Origin: an uncultured bacterium
GTDB taxonomy: Bacteria; Omnitrophota; Gorgyraeia; Zapsychrales; Aceulaceae
DNA length: 64,000 bases
Assembly (NCBI GenBank): GCA_937930175.1
Contig: CALGLP010000013.1
Location: 139,764-203,763, forward strand
Reading direction: 5' to 3'
Of the stretch, positions 37,289-49,601 are shown piece by piece. The notes below the pieces were generated by a model. It searched no databases, was not told the DNA's origin, and saw only the letters and a list, made by a program, of their open reading frames with translations. Within the stretch, counting starts at the first letter, position 1. Each line of letters begins with the position of its first letter. Both the position numbers and the translations under genes were made by a program.

Positions 37289-38467
37289 ATGGATTCCGTT
37301 GACTATCTTTATGATAAAATTGCTTCCGGAACTGCTGAAATTATTAGCGAAGATATTCTCAGAAAAAAGCTTACCCTTTCTCAAAAAATAAGAAAACCCC
37401 TGCATATTAAAGCTGGTTTTGATCCAACAGCTCCTGATCTTCATTTAGGTCATGTGGTCCTGCTACGTAAACTTCGTCAATTTCAAGACTTAGGGCATAA
37501 AGTTTTCTTTATTATCGGTGATTTCACAGCGCAGATCGGGGATCCTTCGGGAAAAGATCAAGCCCGTGTGCGCATGACGCCTCGCCAAGTTGCCCAGAAT
37601 GCCAAGACATATCAGCGTCAGGTCTTTAAGATTCTTGATCAATCCAAGACAAAGGTTGTTTTTAATAGTCGATGGTTAAAAAAACTCAATGCGCAAAACA
37701 TTTTAGAGCTTTCCTCGTGCTGTACGGTTGCGCAGATGCTCGCACGTGCGGATTTTAAGAAGCGTTTTGAAGATCAAAAAGAAGTAAGTATCCTTGAGTT
37801 TATTTATCCGCTTCTTCAAGGGTATGATTCGGTTTATCTTAAGGCCGACGTTGAGCTTGGGGGCTTAGATCAGAAATTTAACTTACTCATGGGGCGTCAG
37901 CTTCAGGAAGCTTTTCATCAAGAGCCGCAGGCTGTAATGATGATGCCGCTTTTAGAAGGCACCGATGGTGTGCATAAGATGAGCAAGTCGTTGGGAAATT
38001 ATATTGGAGTTGATGAGGCACCTAAAGATATTTTTGGAAAGACGATGTCAATCAGCGATGAATTGATGATTCGCTATTATGCGCTGTTGACCAATATTGA
38101 TAAGGACGAAGTGAAAATGCTTCATCCTAAAGAAGCGAAGCTTAAACTCGCTGAAGAAATTGTTCGACAGTTTTATTCTTTTCAGCAAGCGCGTCAAGCG
38201 CGTTTAGAATTTGAAAAGATTTTTTCAAAAAAAGAGACTCCGGACGAGATGGAGATATTTTCATTATCTTCGGGGGAGGCCAAAGTCTTGATCGATGTCT
38301 TAGTTTTTAAAAGGCTAGCCGATTCAAAAAATGAGGCCAGGCGCTTGATTCAGCAAGGGGCCGTGAGTGTCGATGGTCAAAAGATTATCGATGAACATTG
38401 GCCGTTGAAACCTGGAATTCTCAAAGTTGGCAAACGTCGATTCTTAAGGCTCGCCGAGAATACCTAA
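37289..38467 (+). CDS. tyrS: Tyrosine--tRNA ligase
   Basis: It has class I HIGH (PDLHLGHVV), KMSKS ([10 protein letters not shown]) and a C-terminal S4 domain ([15 protein letters not shown]). Confidence 0.9.
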   Translation: MDSVDYLYDKIASGTAEIISEDILRKKLTLSQKIRKPLHIKAGFDPTAPDLHLGHVVLLRKLRQFQDLGHKVFFIIGDFTAQIGDPSGKDQARVRMTPRQVAQNAKTYQRQVFKILDQSKTKVVFNSRWLKKLNAQNILELSSCCTVAQMLARADFKKRFEDQKEVSILEFIYPLLQGYDSVYLKADVELGGLDQKFNLLMGRQLQEAFHQEPQAVMMMPLLEGTDGVHKMSKSLGNYIGVDEAPKDIFGKTMSISDELMIRYYALLTNIDKDEVKMLHPKEAKLKLAEEIVRQFYSFQQARQARLEFEKIFSKKETPDEMEIFSLSSGEAKVLIDVLVFKRLADSKNEARRLIQQGAVSVDGQKIIDEHWPLKPGILKVGKRRFLRLAENT

Positions 38468-38523
38468 TTTCTTTCTTTTTGTGGTGTTTTATTTATATTA
38501 TAAAGAATTTTCAAATAAAGCAC

Positions 38524-38552
38524 TTGACAAAATAAGGTTTGAACCGTATACT
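38524..38552 (+). promoter_or_regulatory. Strong sigma70 promoter heading the tRNA-Thr/rpmG/secE-nusG/ribosomal superoperon
   Basis: TTGACA is followed by a 17-nt spacer and TATACT, 16 nt upstream of tRNA-Thr. Confidence 0.55.
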
Positions 38553-38568
38553 TTTGGCTTACATATTT

Positions 38569-38641
38569 GCCCTTGTAGCTCAGTTGGTAGAGCACGTCCT
38601 TGGTAAGGACGGGGTCACCGGTTCAATTCCGGTCGAGGGCT
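38569..38641 (+). tRNA. tRNA-Thr (anticodon GGT)
   Basis: Cloverleaf read by eye: acceptor GCCCTTG/CGAGGGC, D-arm GCTCAGTTGGTAGAGC, anticodon stem CGTCC/GGACG with loop TTGGTAA, T-arm ACCGGTTCAATTCCGGT. No CCA is encoded. Confidence 0.85.
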
Positions 38642-38667
38642 TAAACTGATACAAAACTATAATACTT

Positions 38668-38820
38668 ATGCGCGAAAATATCCAATTTCAATGTAAAGAA
38701 TGTGATCGACTCAATTATTGTAGCACGAAGGATAAGAAGAAAAAGCCTGAGCGCATTGAATTAAAAAAATATTGCCGTTTTTGTCGTCGACATACGATAC
38801 ACAAAGAAACGAAAAAATAA
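38668..38820 (+). CDS. rpmG: 50S ribosomal protein L33 (Zn-ribbon, C+ form)
   Basis: This 50-aa ORF ([50 protein letters not shown]) is below the ORF-track cutoff. It matches the bL33 consensus with 4 Cys (CxxC...CxxC). Confidence 0.8.
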   Translation: MRENIQFQCKECDRLNYCSTKDKKKKPERIELKKYCRFCRRHTIHKETKK

Positions 38821-38829
38821 TTAGGATTT

Positions 38830-38903
38830 AGGCCTGTAGCTCCAATGGCTAGAGCGACGGTCTCCAAAACCGTGTGTTGTAGGTTCGACTCCTACCAGGC
38901 CTG
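38830..38903 (+). tRNA. tRNA-Trp (anticodon CCA)
   Basis: Acceptor AGGCCTG/CAGGCCT, D-arm GCTCCAATGGCTAGAGC, anticodon loop CTCCAAA, T-arm GTAGGTTCGACTCCTAC. This is the classic position upstream of secE. Confidence 0.85.
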
Positions 38904-38918
38904 TGGAAGGTACTAACA

Positions 38919-39104
38919 ATGCTAGGAAAGATTCAAAGTTTTTTTTCAGAGGTTGTCATTGAGCTCAAGAAAGTCAGCTGGCCGACACGCGCTGAACTCT
39001 ACGAAGCTACATGGATTGTTATTGCCAGCACGTTTTTCTTGGGTTTGTTTATCGGTGCAACTGACTTTGCTCTTTCAAGGCTATTGGGATTGATAATTCG
39101 CTAA
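38919..39104 (+). CDS. secE: Preprotein translocase subunit SecE
   Basis: It is 61 aa with a single C-terminal TM segment (VSWPTRAELYEATWIVIASTFFLGLFIGATDF), and lies immediately upstream of nusG. Confidence 0.8.
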   Translation: MLGKIQSFFSEVVIELKKVSWPTRAELYEATWIVIASTFFLGLFIGATDFALSRLLGLIIR

Positions 39105-39105
39105 T

Positions 39106-39633
39106 ATGATGAAATGGTACGTTGTCCATACACAAACAGGTTGTGAAGATCGAGCCAAGGTTGGCTTGGAGAAGCGCATGGTGACAACGGAGCTTAAGAA
39201 ATATATTGGCGAGATTGTGGTTCCGACCGAACAAGTTTCGGAAGTGCGTTCTGGTAAAAAGTGTATATCGACGCGAAAATTTTTTCCAGGATACATCTTG
39301 CTTAACATGGAAATGAACAACGAGAGCTGGTATCTTGTAAAAACTACGCCAGGCGTAGCTGGTTTTATCGGTCCTGGACATAAGCCTTCGGCACTCTCGG
39401 ATAAAGAAGTTGAGAATATTTTAAAACGTAGAGAAGAGACAGAGGCCAAGCCAAGCCCCAAAACCATTTATGATATTGGTGAGGCAGTTCAAATTATTGA
39501 AGGACCTTTTGCAAGCTTCAATGGGTCTGTGATGGAGATTCATCCCGATCGTGGAAAGCTTAAGGTGAGCGTTTCAATCTTTGGGCGCTCGACACTCGTA
39601 GAACTAGAATATTGGCAAGTCGAGAAGGTTTAA
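39106..39633 (+). CDS. nusG: Transcription termination/antitermination factor NusG
   Basis: It has an NGN domain ([15 protein letters not shown]) and a C-terminal KOW ([21 protein letters not shown]). Confidence 0.9.
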   Translation: MMKWYVVHTQTGCEDRAKVGLEKRMVTTELKKYIGEIVVPTEQVSEVRSGKKCISTRKFFPGYILLNMEMNNESWYLVKTTPGVAGFIGPGHKPSALSDKEVENILKRREETEAKPSPKTIYDIGEAVQIIEGPFASFNGSVMEIHPDRGKLKVSVSIFGRSTLVELEYWQVEKV

Positions 39634-39634
39634 T

Positions 39635-40060
39635 ATGGCAAAAGAAGTTATCGCACAAATCAAGCTTTATGTTCCTGCAGGGCAAGCAAATCCTGCGCCA
39701 CCCGTCGGTCCAGCGCTAGGTCAGCATGGGATCAATATCATGATGTTCTGCAAGCAGTTTAATGAAAAGACCAAGGGTCGTGAAGGTCTGATTTTGCCGG
39801 CTGTTATTAAGGTTTATAAAGATAAATCCTTTGATTTTATTATTAAAAGTCCACCGAGTTCTGTCTTGATTAAAAAGGCGGCTAATCTCGCGAAAGCCTC
39901 TGGTCAAGCTGGCAAGGAAAAGATTGGGAGCATTACGGTTAAGCAGGTGGAAGAAATTGCTAAACAAAAAATGCAAGATTTAAATACAGCGGATATGCAC
40001 AAGGCCATCATCACCATTAAGGGGACGGCGCGAAGCATGGGCGTTGAGGTGATTGACTAA
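39635..40060 (+). CDS. rplK: 50S ribosomal protein L11
   Basis: [43 protein letters not shown] is canonical uL11. Confidence 0.95.
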   Translation: MAKEVIAQIKLYVPAGQANPAPPVGPALGQHGINIMMFCKQFNEKTKGREGLILPAVIKVYKDKSFDFIIKSPPSSVLIKKAANLAKASGQAGKEKIGSITVKQVEEIAKQKMQDLNTADMHKAIITIKGTARSMGVEVID

Positions 40061-40740
40061 TGACTAAAATATCTAAACGCATGAAGCAAGCTTACACTAA
40101 GGTTGAAAAAACGAAGACTTATTCTTTGCAGGAAGGCATTTCTGTTCTTTCTGCTTTTCCAAAAGTTAAATTTGATGAAAGTGTTGAATTACATTTTAAT
40201 TTGAATGTTGATCTGAAGAGTTCGGATCAGGCTGTTCGAGGAACTGTCTTATTGTCGCACGGGACTGGAAAAAAGATTCGCGTTATTGCTTTTTGTAAGG
40301 GAGAGCATGCTCTTTTAGCTAAAGAGGCAGGTGCGGATTATGTTGGGGCAGAGGAATTAATTGAAAAGGTAATGAATGGTTTCTTTGATTTTGATTGCGT
40401 TGTCGCGACGCCGGACATCATGCGGGAGCTCAGCAAACTAGGACGTGTTTTAGGGCCTAAGGGTTTGATGCCTTCTCCCAAGGCAGGGACTGTAGCGGCT
40501 GATATCGCCAAAGCGATTCGTGAGGTCAAAGCGGGTCGTGTCGAGTTTAAATCCGATAAGCAAGGCGGTATTCACGTGGGTATCGGCAAGCGTTCATTTG
40601 CAGAAAATCAACTTTATGATAATGCCAAGCAAGTCGTTGATGCGATTGTTCATTCAAAGCCTGTCGCTATTAAAGCGGATTTTATTAAAAGCTTGTATTT
40701 GTCAACAACGATGGGGCCTGGGATAAGGATTGCGTTATGA
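40060..40740 (+). CDS. rplA: 50S ribosomal protein L1
   Basis: It shows uL1 family sequence (KFDESVELHFNLNVD..., GKKIRVIAF...) in the conserved order after rplK. Confidence 0.9.
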   Translation: MTKISKRMKQAYTKVEKTKTYSLQEGISVLSAFPKVKFDESVELHFNLNVDLKSSDQAVRGTVLLSHGTGKKIRVIAFCKGEHALLAKEAGADYVGAEELIEKVMNGFFDFDCVVATPDIMRELSKLGRVLGPKGLMPSPKAGTVAADIAKAIREVKAGRVEFKSDKQGGIHVGIGKRSFAENQLYDNAKQVVDAIVHSKPVAIKADFIKSLYLSTTMGPGIRIAL

Positions 40741-41267
40741 AAAAAGTCGGACAACTGATTCGTGAAAGCATAGCTGAAAAGATTCGTCATAATGTTCAAG
40801 AGTATGCAGCGACGTTTCTTGTGAGTTATTCGAAGATTTCGTCCTTGAAGATGAATCATTTTCGTAAAGCCTTGAGTGCTGCGGGAGCCAAGGTTTATGT
40901 TTCGAAGAATCGCGTTGCTAAGAAAACGCTCACCGCGATGCAACTTGAGGAGATGAGCAGCAAGATCGATCAGCAAACCGCTTTTGTGTGGAGCAATACT
41001 GATTCGGTGGAAGTTGCTAAAGTTTTGATTAAGCTCGCAAAAGAGTTAGAGGGGCTTAAGATCCAAGGGGGAGTCCTCGACGGCAAGGCTGTTCAGCAGG
41101 CGGATGTTAAACGAATGTCAGATCTTCCTTCCAGGGAAGTTCTTCTAACGATGCTGGCTCAAACGATCCAGTCGCCGCTGACGCGTTTAGCAGGTGCTTT
41201 GAATGCCAAGACGAGGGATTTAATATATATTTTAAAGCAATTAAGCGAAAAATCAGGAGGAACGTAA
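40737..41267 (+). CDS. rplJ: 50S ribosomal protein L10
   Basis: It shows uL10 family sequence and sits between rplA and rplL. Confidence 0.85.
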   Translation: MKKVGQLIRESIAEKIRHNVQEYAATFLVSYSKISSLKMNHFRKALSAAGAKVYVSKNRVAKKTLTAMQLEEMSSKIDQQTAFVWSNTDSVEVAKVLIKLAKELEGLKIQGGVLDGKAVQQADVKRMSDLPSREVLLTMLAQTIQSPLTRLAGALNAKTRDLIYILKQLSEKSGGT

Positions 41268-41268
41268 A

Positions 41269-41691
41269 ATGTCAGAAACAGTTCAAGAAAAAGTTGAAAT
41301 CAAACTCTCACCAAAGCTTGAAGAGGTTGTTAAGACCATAGAGGGCTTAACCGCGCTAGAGCTTTCCGACCTTGTTAAAGGTCTTGAGAAAAAGTTCGGG
41401 ATTACTGCTGCAGCTCCTATGATGGCCGCTCCCATGGCCGGTGCTGCTGCGGGTGGCGCTGCTGCTCCAGCTGAAGAGAAGACAACCTTTGATGTTGTCC
41501 TTAAAGAAGCTGGTGCTAACAAGATCGCCGTTATTAAAGAGGTCAGAGCTGCAACAAATCTAGGTCTTAAAGAGGCCAAAGATTTGGTCGAGGGGGCTCC
41601 GAAGACAGTCAAAGAGTCCATCGCTAAAGACGAAGCCGAAGATCTCAAGAAGAAACTCACCGCCGCTGGCGCTGTTGTTGAGATCAAATAA
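41269..41691 (+). CDS. rplL: 50S ribosomal protein L7/L12
   Basis: It has an Ala-rich hinge ([22 protein letters not shown]) and the C-terminal domain [40 protein letters not shown]. Confidence 0.95.
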   Translation: MSETVQEKVEIKLSPKLEEVVKTIEGLTALELSDLVKGLEKKFGITAAAPMMAAPMAGAAAGGAAAPAEEKTTFDVVLKEAGANKIAVIKEVRAATNLGLKEAKDLVEGAPKTVKESIAKDEAEDLKKKLTAAGAVVEIK

Positions 41692-41723
41692 TAAAATCCT
41701 GGATAAAACTCTAAGACCCTGAT

Positions 41724-44700
41724 ATGAAAAAAAGAGAAATTAGAGACTTTAGCAAGTTTAAGGATACCTATGTCCTGCCCAATTTGCTTGATGTCCAAGT
41801 TGTGCATTATGAATCTTTCTTGCAGCGATTTGTAAAGCCCGAAGAACGAAAAAATCAAGGGCTTGAAGAAGTCTTTCGCGAAACATTCCCTTTTGAGAGC
41901 TATGACGGCCAAGTGCGTATGGAGTACATGAGCTATCAGTTGGGAAAGGAAAAGTATTCTTCACGTGAATGCCAACGCCGCAGCATGACCTATTCCGCTC
42001 CCCTCAAAGTAGGCTTAAGGCTTGTTACTCCTTTGGAGATCAAAGAGCAAGAAGTATATTTTGGCGATTTTCCTCTTATGACGGAAACGGGAACGTTTAT
42101 CATCAACGGAGATGAGCGCGTTGTTGTTTCACAGATTCAGAGACCGCCAGGGGCTTCCTTTGAGCAAGAGCTTCATCCGACTGGAAAAAGTATTTATCAG
42201 GGGCGTATTATTCCTTCGCGTGGCGCTTGGTTTGAAATCAAATATGATCTCAATGATGTTTTGCTTGCCTATGTTGATCGTCGCCGTAGTTTTCCAGCGA
42301 CACAGATTTTGCGCATCATGGGATTATCTGGCGAAGAGGAGATGCAAAAACTTTTTGGTGAAGATTTTCTGAAATTAAAGAATACCCTTGAAAAAGATCA
42401 TACCAAGACCAAGGAAGAAGCCCTGTTAGATTTTTATCGTAAAATGAGACCGACTGAGCCTGCTACGATTGAGGTTGCTGAGGCTCTATTCTTCCGTTTA
42501 TTCTTTGATGTGAAGCGCTATGAGTTAAGCAAGGTTGGACGTTATATTATCAATCGCAAATTAGGGATGAATGTTGATCTCGAAAATCGTATTCTTGATT
42601 TGGCTACTGTTGTTGAAGTTATCCGTTATCTTTTCAAATTACGGGATGGGCATGGCGATATTGATGATATTGATCACCTTGGTAATCGACGTATTAAGAC
42701 GGTGGGTGAACTTGTTCAGAATCAAGTACGTATCGGGCTTGCACGTATTGAGCGTTCCATCAAAGAGCGTCTCGTTGTTATCAATAGTTTTGAGAATTTG
42801 ACTGCGCATCATTTGATTAATTCTCGCCTTTTTTCAAGTCAGATCCAAGATTTCTTCGCGCGAAGTCAGTTATCCCAATTTTTAGATCAAAGCAATCCTT
42901 TGGCCGAGACAACGCATAAGCGAAGAGTGAGCGCTCTTGGTCCTGGTGGCTTGTCGCGTGAGCGTGCGGGATTTGAAGTTCGCGACGTTCATCCTACGCA
43001 TTATGGTCGCGTGTGTCCGATTGAAACTCCCGAGGGTCCCAACATTGGTCTCATTGCGTCGCTGACTAACTGTGCTCGTGTTAATGAGCTTGGCTTTGTT
43101 GAGACGCCTTATCGCAAGGTTGTGGATGGCCGGGTGACTAACAAAGTTGAATATCTTACTGCGGACATTGATCAATCTAAATATATTGCTCAAGCTAATA
43201 CCCCTATTGACAAGGGTGGTAGTTTTCTTGAGAAAGAAATCTCTTGTCGTTTCCGTGCTGATTTTCCTTATGTCGGACCCAACAAGGTTGATTACATGGA
43301 TGTTTCGCCTAAGCAACTTGTTTCTCCAGCTACTGCGTTGATTCCCTTTCTTGAACATGATGATGCGAATCGTGCCTTGATGGGATCGAATATGCAACGT
43401 CAAGCTGTTCCTTTGATGAAAACAGAAGCTCCTCACGTTGGAACAGGTATGGAAGGGGCGTTGGCCAGAGATTCAGGATCCGTTGTGATTGCGATTGAAT
43501 CAGGCAAAGTCACAAAGGTAGATGCGCGAGAAATTATTGTTGGTAAGAATGTGTATCCCTTAAAGAATTTTTTACGATCGAATGCTAATACGTGTGTGCA
43601 TCAGAAACCGATTGTTAACCTGGGGGATTATGTTCAGCAGGGGCAGGTTATCGCGGATGGTGTTGCTACGGATCGTGGTAAGCTTGCTTTAGGGCGTAAT
43701 ATTTTAGTTGCGTTTATGTCGTGGCGAGGATATAACTTTGAAGATGCTATTATCCTAAATCGTCGTCTTGCTCAAGAAGATACGTTTACCTCTTTGCATA
43801 TTGAACGTTTTGAGGTTGAGGCGCGTGAGACACGTTTAGGGAATGAAGAAATTACGCGGGATATTCCCAATGTTGGCGAAGAAGGGCTTAATGATTTAAC
43901 TGAAGAAGGCATTGTGCGTGTTGGTGCTGAGGTTAAAGCAGGTGATATCTTAGTGGGAAAAGTAACGCCTAAGAGTGAAAAGGAGCTTTCACCTGAGGAG
44001 CGTTTATTGCGTGCGATTTTTGGTGAGAAAGCTGCGGATATTCGTGATACTTCGTTAACGCTTCCTCCTGGGGAAGAGGGTGTGATTGTGAATGTTGAAG
44101 TTTTTCAGCGTAGTGAGCGTGGACGAAAGTCGAAAGATGATAAAAAGAAGGAAATGGCTGAGATTGATAAAATAAAGAAATACTATAAGCAAGAAATGGA
44201 ATTTCTGAAGACAGAAAAAGATAAGCGTTTGTGTAAACTTTTGAAGGTTGACAGATCAACGCTTGATAAAATGACGGATCGACAGATTAAAGAGGATGAA
44301 GAAGCTGCTAATGTATTGAGTCTTTTTGATGATCGTATGCAAGAGCTTGTTGATGAGCAAGAGCATGAAGTTGAAAAGGTTAAGTGTGGTGATGAATTGC
44401 CCGCGGGTGTTTTGAAGCGTGTAATTGTATACGTGGCTACAAAGAGAAAAGTTTCCGAGGGAGACAAAATGGCTGGCCGTCATGGCAATAAGGGTGTTGT
44501 TGCGCGTATTTTGCCTGAAGAAGACATGCCTTTTCTCGCGGATGGAACACCTGTGGATATTGTTTTAAATCCCTTAGGCGTTCCTTCGCGTATGAATGTG
44601 GGTCAGCTTTTAGAAACGCATTTGGGCTGGGCGGCGCATGCCTTAGGGTTAGAATGCGAAACGCCTGTTTTTAATGGTGCCAGTGAACAAGAAATTCGTG

Positions 44701-45173
44701 CTCTTTTGAGGGAAGCTAAACTTCCGGAAGAGGGTAAGGCAGTCGTTTATGATGGTCACACTGGGAATCCTTTTGATCAAAAAGTGACGGTGGGCTACAT
44801 CTATATGATGAAGCTGATTCATCTTGTGGATGAGAAAATTCACGCGCGTTCTATTGGTCCGTATTCTTTAGTTACCCAGCAACCTCTTGGCGGAAAGGCG
44901 CATTTTGGTGGTCAGCGGTTTGGAGAAATGGAAGTCTGGGCCCTGGAAGCCTATGGTGCTGCCTATACATTGCAAGAAATGCTTACCGTTAAGAGTGATG
45001 ACGTCAATGGACGAAGCCGTATTTATGAAGCCATTGTTAAGGGTGAACAAAAATTGACGCCTGGAACGCCGGAGTCTTTTAACGTTTTGATTAAAGAATT
45101 ACAAGGTCTGTGCTTGGATATCCGCATGGAAAGCTCTATGCCTGTCCTTGAAGATAAGAAAAAGGAAAAATAA
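41724..45173 (+). CDS. rpoB: DNA-directed RNA polymerase subunit beta
   Basis: It is 1149 aa and carries the conserved rif-region and catalytic motifs (e.g. [29 protein letters not shown]). It follows rplL. Confidence 0.95.
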   Translation: MKKREIRDFSKFKDTYVLPNLLDVQVVHYESFLQRFVKPEERKNQGLEEVFRETFPFESYDGQVRMEYMSYQLGKEKYSSRECQRRSMTYSAPLKVGLRLVTPLEIKEQEVYFGDFPLMTETGTFIINGDERVVVSQIQRPPGASFEQELHPTGKSIYQGRIIPSRGAWFEIKYDLNDVLLAYVDRRRSFPATQILRIMGLSGEEEMQKLFGEDFLKLKNTLEKDHTKTKEEALLDFYRKMRPTEPATIEVAEALFFRLFFDVKRYELSKVGRYIINRKLGMNVDLENRILDLATVVEVIRYLFKLRDGHGDIDDIDHLGNRRIKTVGELVQNQVRIGLARIERSIKERLVVINSFENLTAHHLINSRLFSSQIQDFFARSQLSQFLDQSNPLAETTHKRRVSALGPGGLSRERAGFEVRDVHPTHYGRVCPIETPEGPNIGLIASLTNCARVNELGFVETPYRKVVDGRVTNKVEYLTADIDQSKYIAQANTPIDKGGSFLEKEISCRFRADFPYVGPNKVDYMDVSPKQLVSPATALIPFLEHDDANRALMGSNMQRQAVPLMKTEAPHVGTGMEGALARDSGSVVIAIESGKVTKVDAREIIVGKNVYPLKNFLRSNANTCVHQKPIVNLGDYVQQGQVIADGVATDRGKLALGRNILVAFMSWRGYNFEDAIILNRRLAQEDTFTSLHIERFEVEARETRLGNEEITRDIPNVGEEGLNDLTEEGIVRVGAEVKAGDILVGKVTPKSEKELSPEERLLRAIFGEKAADIRDTSLTLPPGEEGVIVNVEVFQRSERGRKSKDDKKKEMAEIDKIKKYYKQEMEFLKTEKDKRLCKLLKVDRSTLDKMTDRQIKEDEEAANVLSLFDDRMQELVDEQEHEVEKVKCGDELPAGVLKRVIVYVATKRKVSEGDKMAGRHGNKGVVARILPEEDMPFLADGTPVDIVLNPLGVPSRMNVGQLLETHLGWAAHALGLECETPVFNGASEQEIRALLREAKLPEEGKAVVYDGHTGNPFDQKVTVGYIYMMKLIHLVDEKIHARSIGPYSLVTQQPLGGKAHFGGQRFGEMEVWALEAYGAAYTLQEMLTVKSDDVNGRSRIYEAIVKGEQKLTPGTPESFNVLIKELQGLCLDIRMESSMPVLEDKKKEK

Positions 45174-45178
45174 AAACG

Positions 45179-48100
45179 ATGAATCCAGAAAAAGTTTACG
45201 ATTGCATTACGATCAAGGTTGCTTCTCCGGATATTATTCGCTCATGGTCCAACGGGGAAGTTAAGAAAGCCGAGACGCTGAATTATCGAACTTTGAAGCC
45301 AGAAAAGGATGGTCTTTTTTGTGAGAAAATTTTTGGCCCTGTTCGAGATTGGGAATGCAATTGTGGTAAATATAAAGGTATTAAATTTAAAGGGATTGTC
45401 TGTGATCGCTGCGGCGTTCTTGTGACGCGCTCGGCTGTTCGTCGTGAGCGCATGGGGAATATTGAATTAGCTTGTCCTGTAACCCACATCTGGTTTTACA
45501 AGGCGGTCCCAAGCCGTTTATCGTCTTTGCTCCAGGTTGGCTTAAAAGATCTTGAAAAAATTATTTATTACGAAGAATATATTGTCGTTGATCCAGGGGA
45601 TACCCAGTTAAAGTATAAGCAATTCTTAAGTGAAGATAAGTACCAAGAGTGTCTTTCGAAATATGGAGATTCTTTTAAGGCTAAGATTGGTGCTGAAGCC
45701 ATCAGGGATTTACTTAAAGATGTCAATCTTGACAAGCTTTGTGTTGAATTGCGTGAAGCCTTAGACAAGGCGACACCCGCAGGGGCTAATGCGAAAAAGA
45801 TTGCCAAAACTCTTAAGATTGCTGAAGATTTTAAGAAGTCTGGCAATTCCATTGAATGGATGGTTTTGGAATCCCTGCCGGTTATTCCTCCCGATTTAAG
45901 ACCGCTTGTTCCTCTGGAGGGTGGGCGCTTTGCGACCTCAGATCTCAACGATCTTTATCGACGCGTGATTAATCGTAATAATCGTTTAAAAAAATTGATT
46001 AATCTTAATGCCCCTGAAATTATTATCCGCAACGAGAAGCGTATGCTTCAAGAAGCAGTGGATGCTCTTTTTGATAATGGCCGTCATGGACGCCCTGTTT
46101 TAGGATCCAACAATCGTCCTCTAAAATCGCTTTCTGATATGCTTAAAGGAAAGCAGGGTCGTTTCCGTATGAATCTTTTGGGCAAGCGCGTTGATTATTC
46201 TGGACGATCGGTTATCGTGGTTGGGCCAGAACTTAAACTTCATCAGTGTGGATTGCCGAAGCGTATGGCGCTTGAGCTTTTTGAGCCGTTTATTATCCGT
46301 AAGCTTCGCGAGCGAGGCTTTGTTCATACGATTAAAGGTGCTAAGCGCATGGTGGAGAGAGCTAAAAATGAAGTTTGGGATATCTTAGATGAAGTCATTC
46401 AAGATCATCCTGTTATGCTTAATCGCGCTCCAACACTTCACCGATTAAGTATTCAAGCATTCCAGCCGATTCTTGTGGAGGGCAAAGCTATTCAGCTTCA
46501 TCCTTTGGTGTGCGCTGCTTTTAACGCGGACTTCGATGGTGATCAAATGGCTGTTCACGTTCCTTTATCCCTCGAAGCGCAGTTGGAATGCCGACTCGAA
46601 CTTCTTTCGATCAATAATATTTTCTCGCCAGCTGATGGGCGCCCGCTCCTTTCTCCGACGCAAGACATTGTTTTAGGACTTTATTATTTAACGAAAGATA
46701 AGGCTGGTTGTAAAGGTGAGGGAAGGCTCTTTGCAACTACCAATGAAGCAAAGATTGCCTATAATGATGGGTTGATTGCGTTGCATAGCCGTATTAAGCT
46801 TAGACTGGAAAATCAAAGGGTTTGGGGTGACGAGAAGCCTTCATTTATTATTTCTCAGAAGCGAGAGCTTGATAGTGGGAGTGCGCAGAAAGAAAGTGAA
46901 AAGAAAAGTATTATTATCGAAACAACGGTTGGCAAGATTTTTTTAAATAGCCTTTTACCACAAGAATTTGGATTTGTGAATGATCTTTTGAATAAAAAGA
47001 AGATTGGTGCTGTTATTTCTGATTGTTATAAGCGTTTTGGTCAACACACGACGACGATTCTTTTGGATGATCTCAAAGCGCTTGGTTTCCAATCGGCGAC
47101 TTCTGCTGGGATTTCGATAGGTATCGACGATATTACAATTCCAGCTGAGAAGCAAGTTTTGGTTAAGAATTCTCGTCAAGAAGTGGCCAAAGTTGAGGAT
47201 CAATATCGCAAAGGTATTATTACTGCACGTGAGCGTTATAATAAGATTATTGATATTTGGACCCATACGACGGAAGCTATCTCTGATTTGGTTTTTAAGG
47301 GCATGGATTTGTTTAATCCTGTTTTCATTATGGCGGATTCTGGCGCGCGAGGATCGCGCTTGCAGATTCGCCAGCTTTCTGGGATGCGTGGGTTGATGGC
47401 GAAGCCATCGGGTGAAATTATTGAGAATCCGATTACGGCCAGCTTTCGTGAAGGGTTAACTGTTTTGGAGTATTTTATTTCGACCCATGGTGCGCGTAAG
47501 GGTCTTGCGGATACAGCATTAAAAACAGCTGATGCTGGATATTTGACGCGTCGTCTTGTTGATGTTGCTCAAGAAATCGTTGTGAACGAACTTGATTGCG
47601 GTACGGTTAACGGGATCACTGTTTCTGCGATTATTGAGGGCGATGAAGTGGTTGTGAGCCTCAAGGAGCGTATTGTTGGGCGCGTTGCGTTAGATAATAT
47701 TGTGGACATTGTTACAGATCAATTAGTTGTTGAGGCTGGACAAGAAATTACCGATGAAAAGGCGGAGATTATTGAACAGCTTGGGATTGAAAAAGTGCGT
47801 ATTCGTAGCGTTTTAACGTGTGAAGCGGATCGTGGTGTTTGTGTGCGATGTTACGGCCGGAATTTGGCTACGCAGCGTTTGGTTGAAGTGGGTGAGGCTG
47901 TTGGTTGTATTGCGGCTCAAAGCATTGGTGAGCCTGGAACACAGTTGACGATGCGTACCTTTCACATCGGTGGAACCGCAAGTCGTGCCGTTGAGCAATC
48001 ATTCATTCGTTCTAAAAATGACGGTACGATCAAGTATCATGGATTGCGTGTTGTTGAAAAAGGAAAAGAATATATTGTTCTTAATCGTAACGGGACAATC

Positions 48101-49288
48101 AGCATCAATGATGAATTTGGCCGTGAACATGAGCGCTATCCACTTGTTCAGGGTTCGATCATTAAGGTCGCCGATGGTTCTGTGATTAAGAAAGGTGCGA
48201 TTTTTGTGAGCTGGGATCCGTATACGGTTCCCATCATTACGGAAGTTGAAGGAATCGTTAATTTTGAAGACATTAAAGATGGTGTCACGATCCAGCAAGA
48301 ACAAAATCCGATCACAGGCGTGACGGAACGCGTTGTTGTCGAACATAAGCAAGAATTTCATCCGCAGATCATTGTTACGGACGAGCGAAAAGAAGTTTTG
48401 GGAATCTATTCGATTTCTGTGGGTGCGCATATTCTGGTTCAAGATAAGCAGAAGGTAGGAGCTGGTGAGCTTTTGGCCAAGATTCCACGCGCTTCAGGAA
48501 AGACACGCGATATTACCGGTGGTCTTCCTCGGGTCGCTGAGCTTTTTGAAGCCCGACGACCTAAAGACCCTGCCATTATTAGTGAAATTGATGGTTTTGT
48601 TGAGTTTGGTGAGGACCGCAAAGGATCGCGCATGATCATCATTCGAAGCCAGACCGGGATGAGCGCTGAATATGTTATTCCCCACGGCAAGCACCCTAAT
48701 GTTTACAAAGGGGATCGAGTTTTTGCGGGTCAGCAGCTGACCGAAGGCCCTGTTGTTCCTCACGATATTTTGCGTGTTTCTGGAGATAAAGTGTTACAAG
48801 AATATTTGCTCAATGAAGTTCAAGAAGTTTATCGCCTTCAGGGTGTGCGTATTAGTGATAAACATATTGAGCTTATTGTGGGGCAGATGTTAAAGAAGGT
48901 TAAGATTGAAGAATCAGGGGATACGGAATTTCTAGTCGGACAACAAATTGATAAGACGGTATTTAAAAAGGCTAACGAAGCGGTCTTAAAGAAAAAAGGG
49001 AAACCCGCATCGGCCACGCCGTTATTATTAGGCATTACAAAAGTTTCTTTGTCGACGGAGAGTTTCATTTCTGCCGCGAGCTTCCAAGAAACGACAAGAG
49101 TCTTGACAGATGCAGCAACTTCTGGTAAAGTTGACTACTTACGTGGCCTCAAAGAGAACGTCATTGTAGGTCATTTGATCCCCGCAGGGACTGGTTTTAA
49201 AACTTATAAAGATATTGAAATGGTAAAATATGCCGACGATCGCACAATTGATCAGAAAAAGCCGGAGACAGAAAAGCAAGAAGGGTAA
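45179..49288 (+). CDS. rpoC: DNA-directed RNA polymerase subunit beta'
   Basis: It is 1369 aa with the Zn-binding CNCGKYK...CDRCGV and the catalytic [12 protein letters not shown]. The 3' end overlaps rpsL by 59 nt in a different frame. Confidence 0.93.
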   Translation: MNPEKVYDCITIKVASPDIIRSWSNGEVKKAETLNYRTLKPEKDGLFCEKIFGPVRDWECNCGKYKGIKFKGIVCDRCGVLVTRSAVRRERMGNIELACPVTHIWFYKAVPSRLSSLLQVGLKDLEKIIYYEEYIVVDPGDTQLKYKQFLSEDKYQECLSKYGDSFKAKIGAEAIRDLLKDVNLDKLCVELREALDKATPAGANAKKIAKTLKIAEDFKKSGNSIEWMVLESLPVIPPDLRPLVPLEGGRFATSDLNDLYRRVINRNNRLKKLINLNAPEIIIRNEKRMLQEAVDALFDNGRHGRPVLGSNNRPLKSLSDMLKGKQGRFRMNLLGKRVDYSGRSVIVVGPELKLHQCGLPKRMALELFEPFIIRKLRERGFVHTIKGAKRMVERAKNEVWDILDEVIQDHPVMLNRAPTLHRLSIQAFQPILVEGKAIQLHPLVCAAFNADFDGDQMAVHVPLSLEAQLECRLELLSINNIFSPADGRPLLSPTQDIVLGLYYLTKDKAGCKGEGRLFATTNEAKIAYNDGLIALHSRIKLRLENQRVWGDEKPSFIISQKRELDSGSAQKESEKKSIIIETTVGKIFLNSLLPQEFGFVNDLLNKKKIGAVISDCYKRFGQHTTTILLDDLKALGFQSATSAGISIGIDDITIPAEKQVLVKNSRQEVAKVEDQYRKGIITARERYNKIIDIWTHTTEAISDLVFKGMDLFNPVFIMADSGARGSRLQIRQLSGMRGLMAKPSGEIIENPITASFREGLTVLEYFISTHGARKGLADTALKTADAGYLTRRLVDVAQEIVVNELDCGTVNGITVSAIIEGDEVVVSLKERIVGRVALDNIVDIVTDQLVVEAGQEITDEKAEIIEQLGIEKVRIRSVLTCEADRGVCVRCYGRNLATQRLVEVGEAVGCIAAQSIGEPGTQLTMRTFHIGGTASRAVEQSFIRSKNDGTIKYHGLRVVEKGKEYIVLNRNGTISINDEFGREHERYPLVQGSIIKVADGSVIKKGAIFVSWDPYTVPIITEVEGIVNFEDIKDGVTIQQEQNPITGVTERVVVEHKQEFHPQIIVTDERKEVLGIYSISVGAHILVQDKQKVGAGELLAKIPRASGKTRDITGGLPRVAELFEARRPKDPAIISEIDGFVEFGEDRKGSRMIIIRSQTGMSAEYVIPHGKHPNVYKGDRVFAGQQLTEGPVVPHDILRVSGDKVLQEYLLNEVQEVYRLQGVRISDKHIELIVGQMLKKVKIEESGDTEFLVGQQIDKTVFKKANEAVLKKKGKPASATPLLLGITKVSLSTESFISAASFQETTRVLTDAATSGKVDYLRGLKENVIVGHLIPAGTGFKTYKDIEMVKYADDRTIDQKKPETEKQEG

Positions 49289-49601
49289 GTCCCCTGCTTT
49301 GACGAATTGTCCCCAACGGCGTGGTGTTTGTTTGCAGGTGAAAACAATGACGCCTAAAAAACCGAACTCTGCGTTACGTAAAATCGCTAGAGTCCGCTTG
49401 TCCAATAAGATGGAAGTTACCTCTTATATCCCCGGAGAAGGACATAATCTGCAGGAACATTCGATTGTTCTAGTGAGAGGCGGTCGTGTTAAAGATTTAC
49501 CTGGAGTGCGTTATCATATTGTCCGCGGCACACTAGATACCACCGGCGTCAAAGACCGCAAGAAATCACGCTCGAAGTACGGAGCCAAACGAGATAAATA
49601 A
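49230..49601 (+). CDS. rpsL: 30S ribosomal protein S12
   Basis: [15 protein letters not shown]...[10 protein letters not shown] is canonical uS12 from residue 1. Confidence 0.95.
   Translation: MPTIAQLIRKSRRQKSKKGKSPALTNCPQRRGVCLQVKTMTPKKPNSALRKIARVRLSNKMEVTSYIPGEGHNLQEHSIVLVRGGRVKDLPGVRYHIVRGTLDTTGVKDRKKSRSKYGAKRDK

Noticed and set aside
41283-41912. 209-aa ORF on the minus strand antisense to rplL/rpoB
   Set aside because: It lies entirely inside strongly conserved + strand genes and has no recognisable motif or RBS. It is typical of spurious antisense frames in coding sequence.
42882-43436. 184-aa antisense ORF inside rpoB
   Set aside because: It is embedded in rpoB with no start context or conserved sequence. 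It is a spurious antisense frame.
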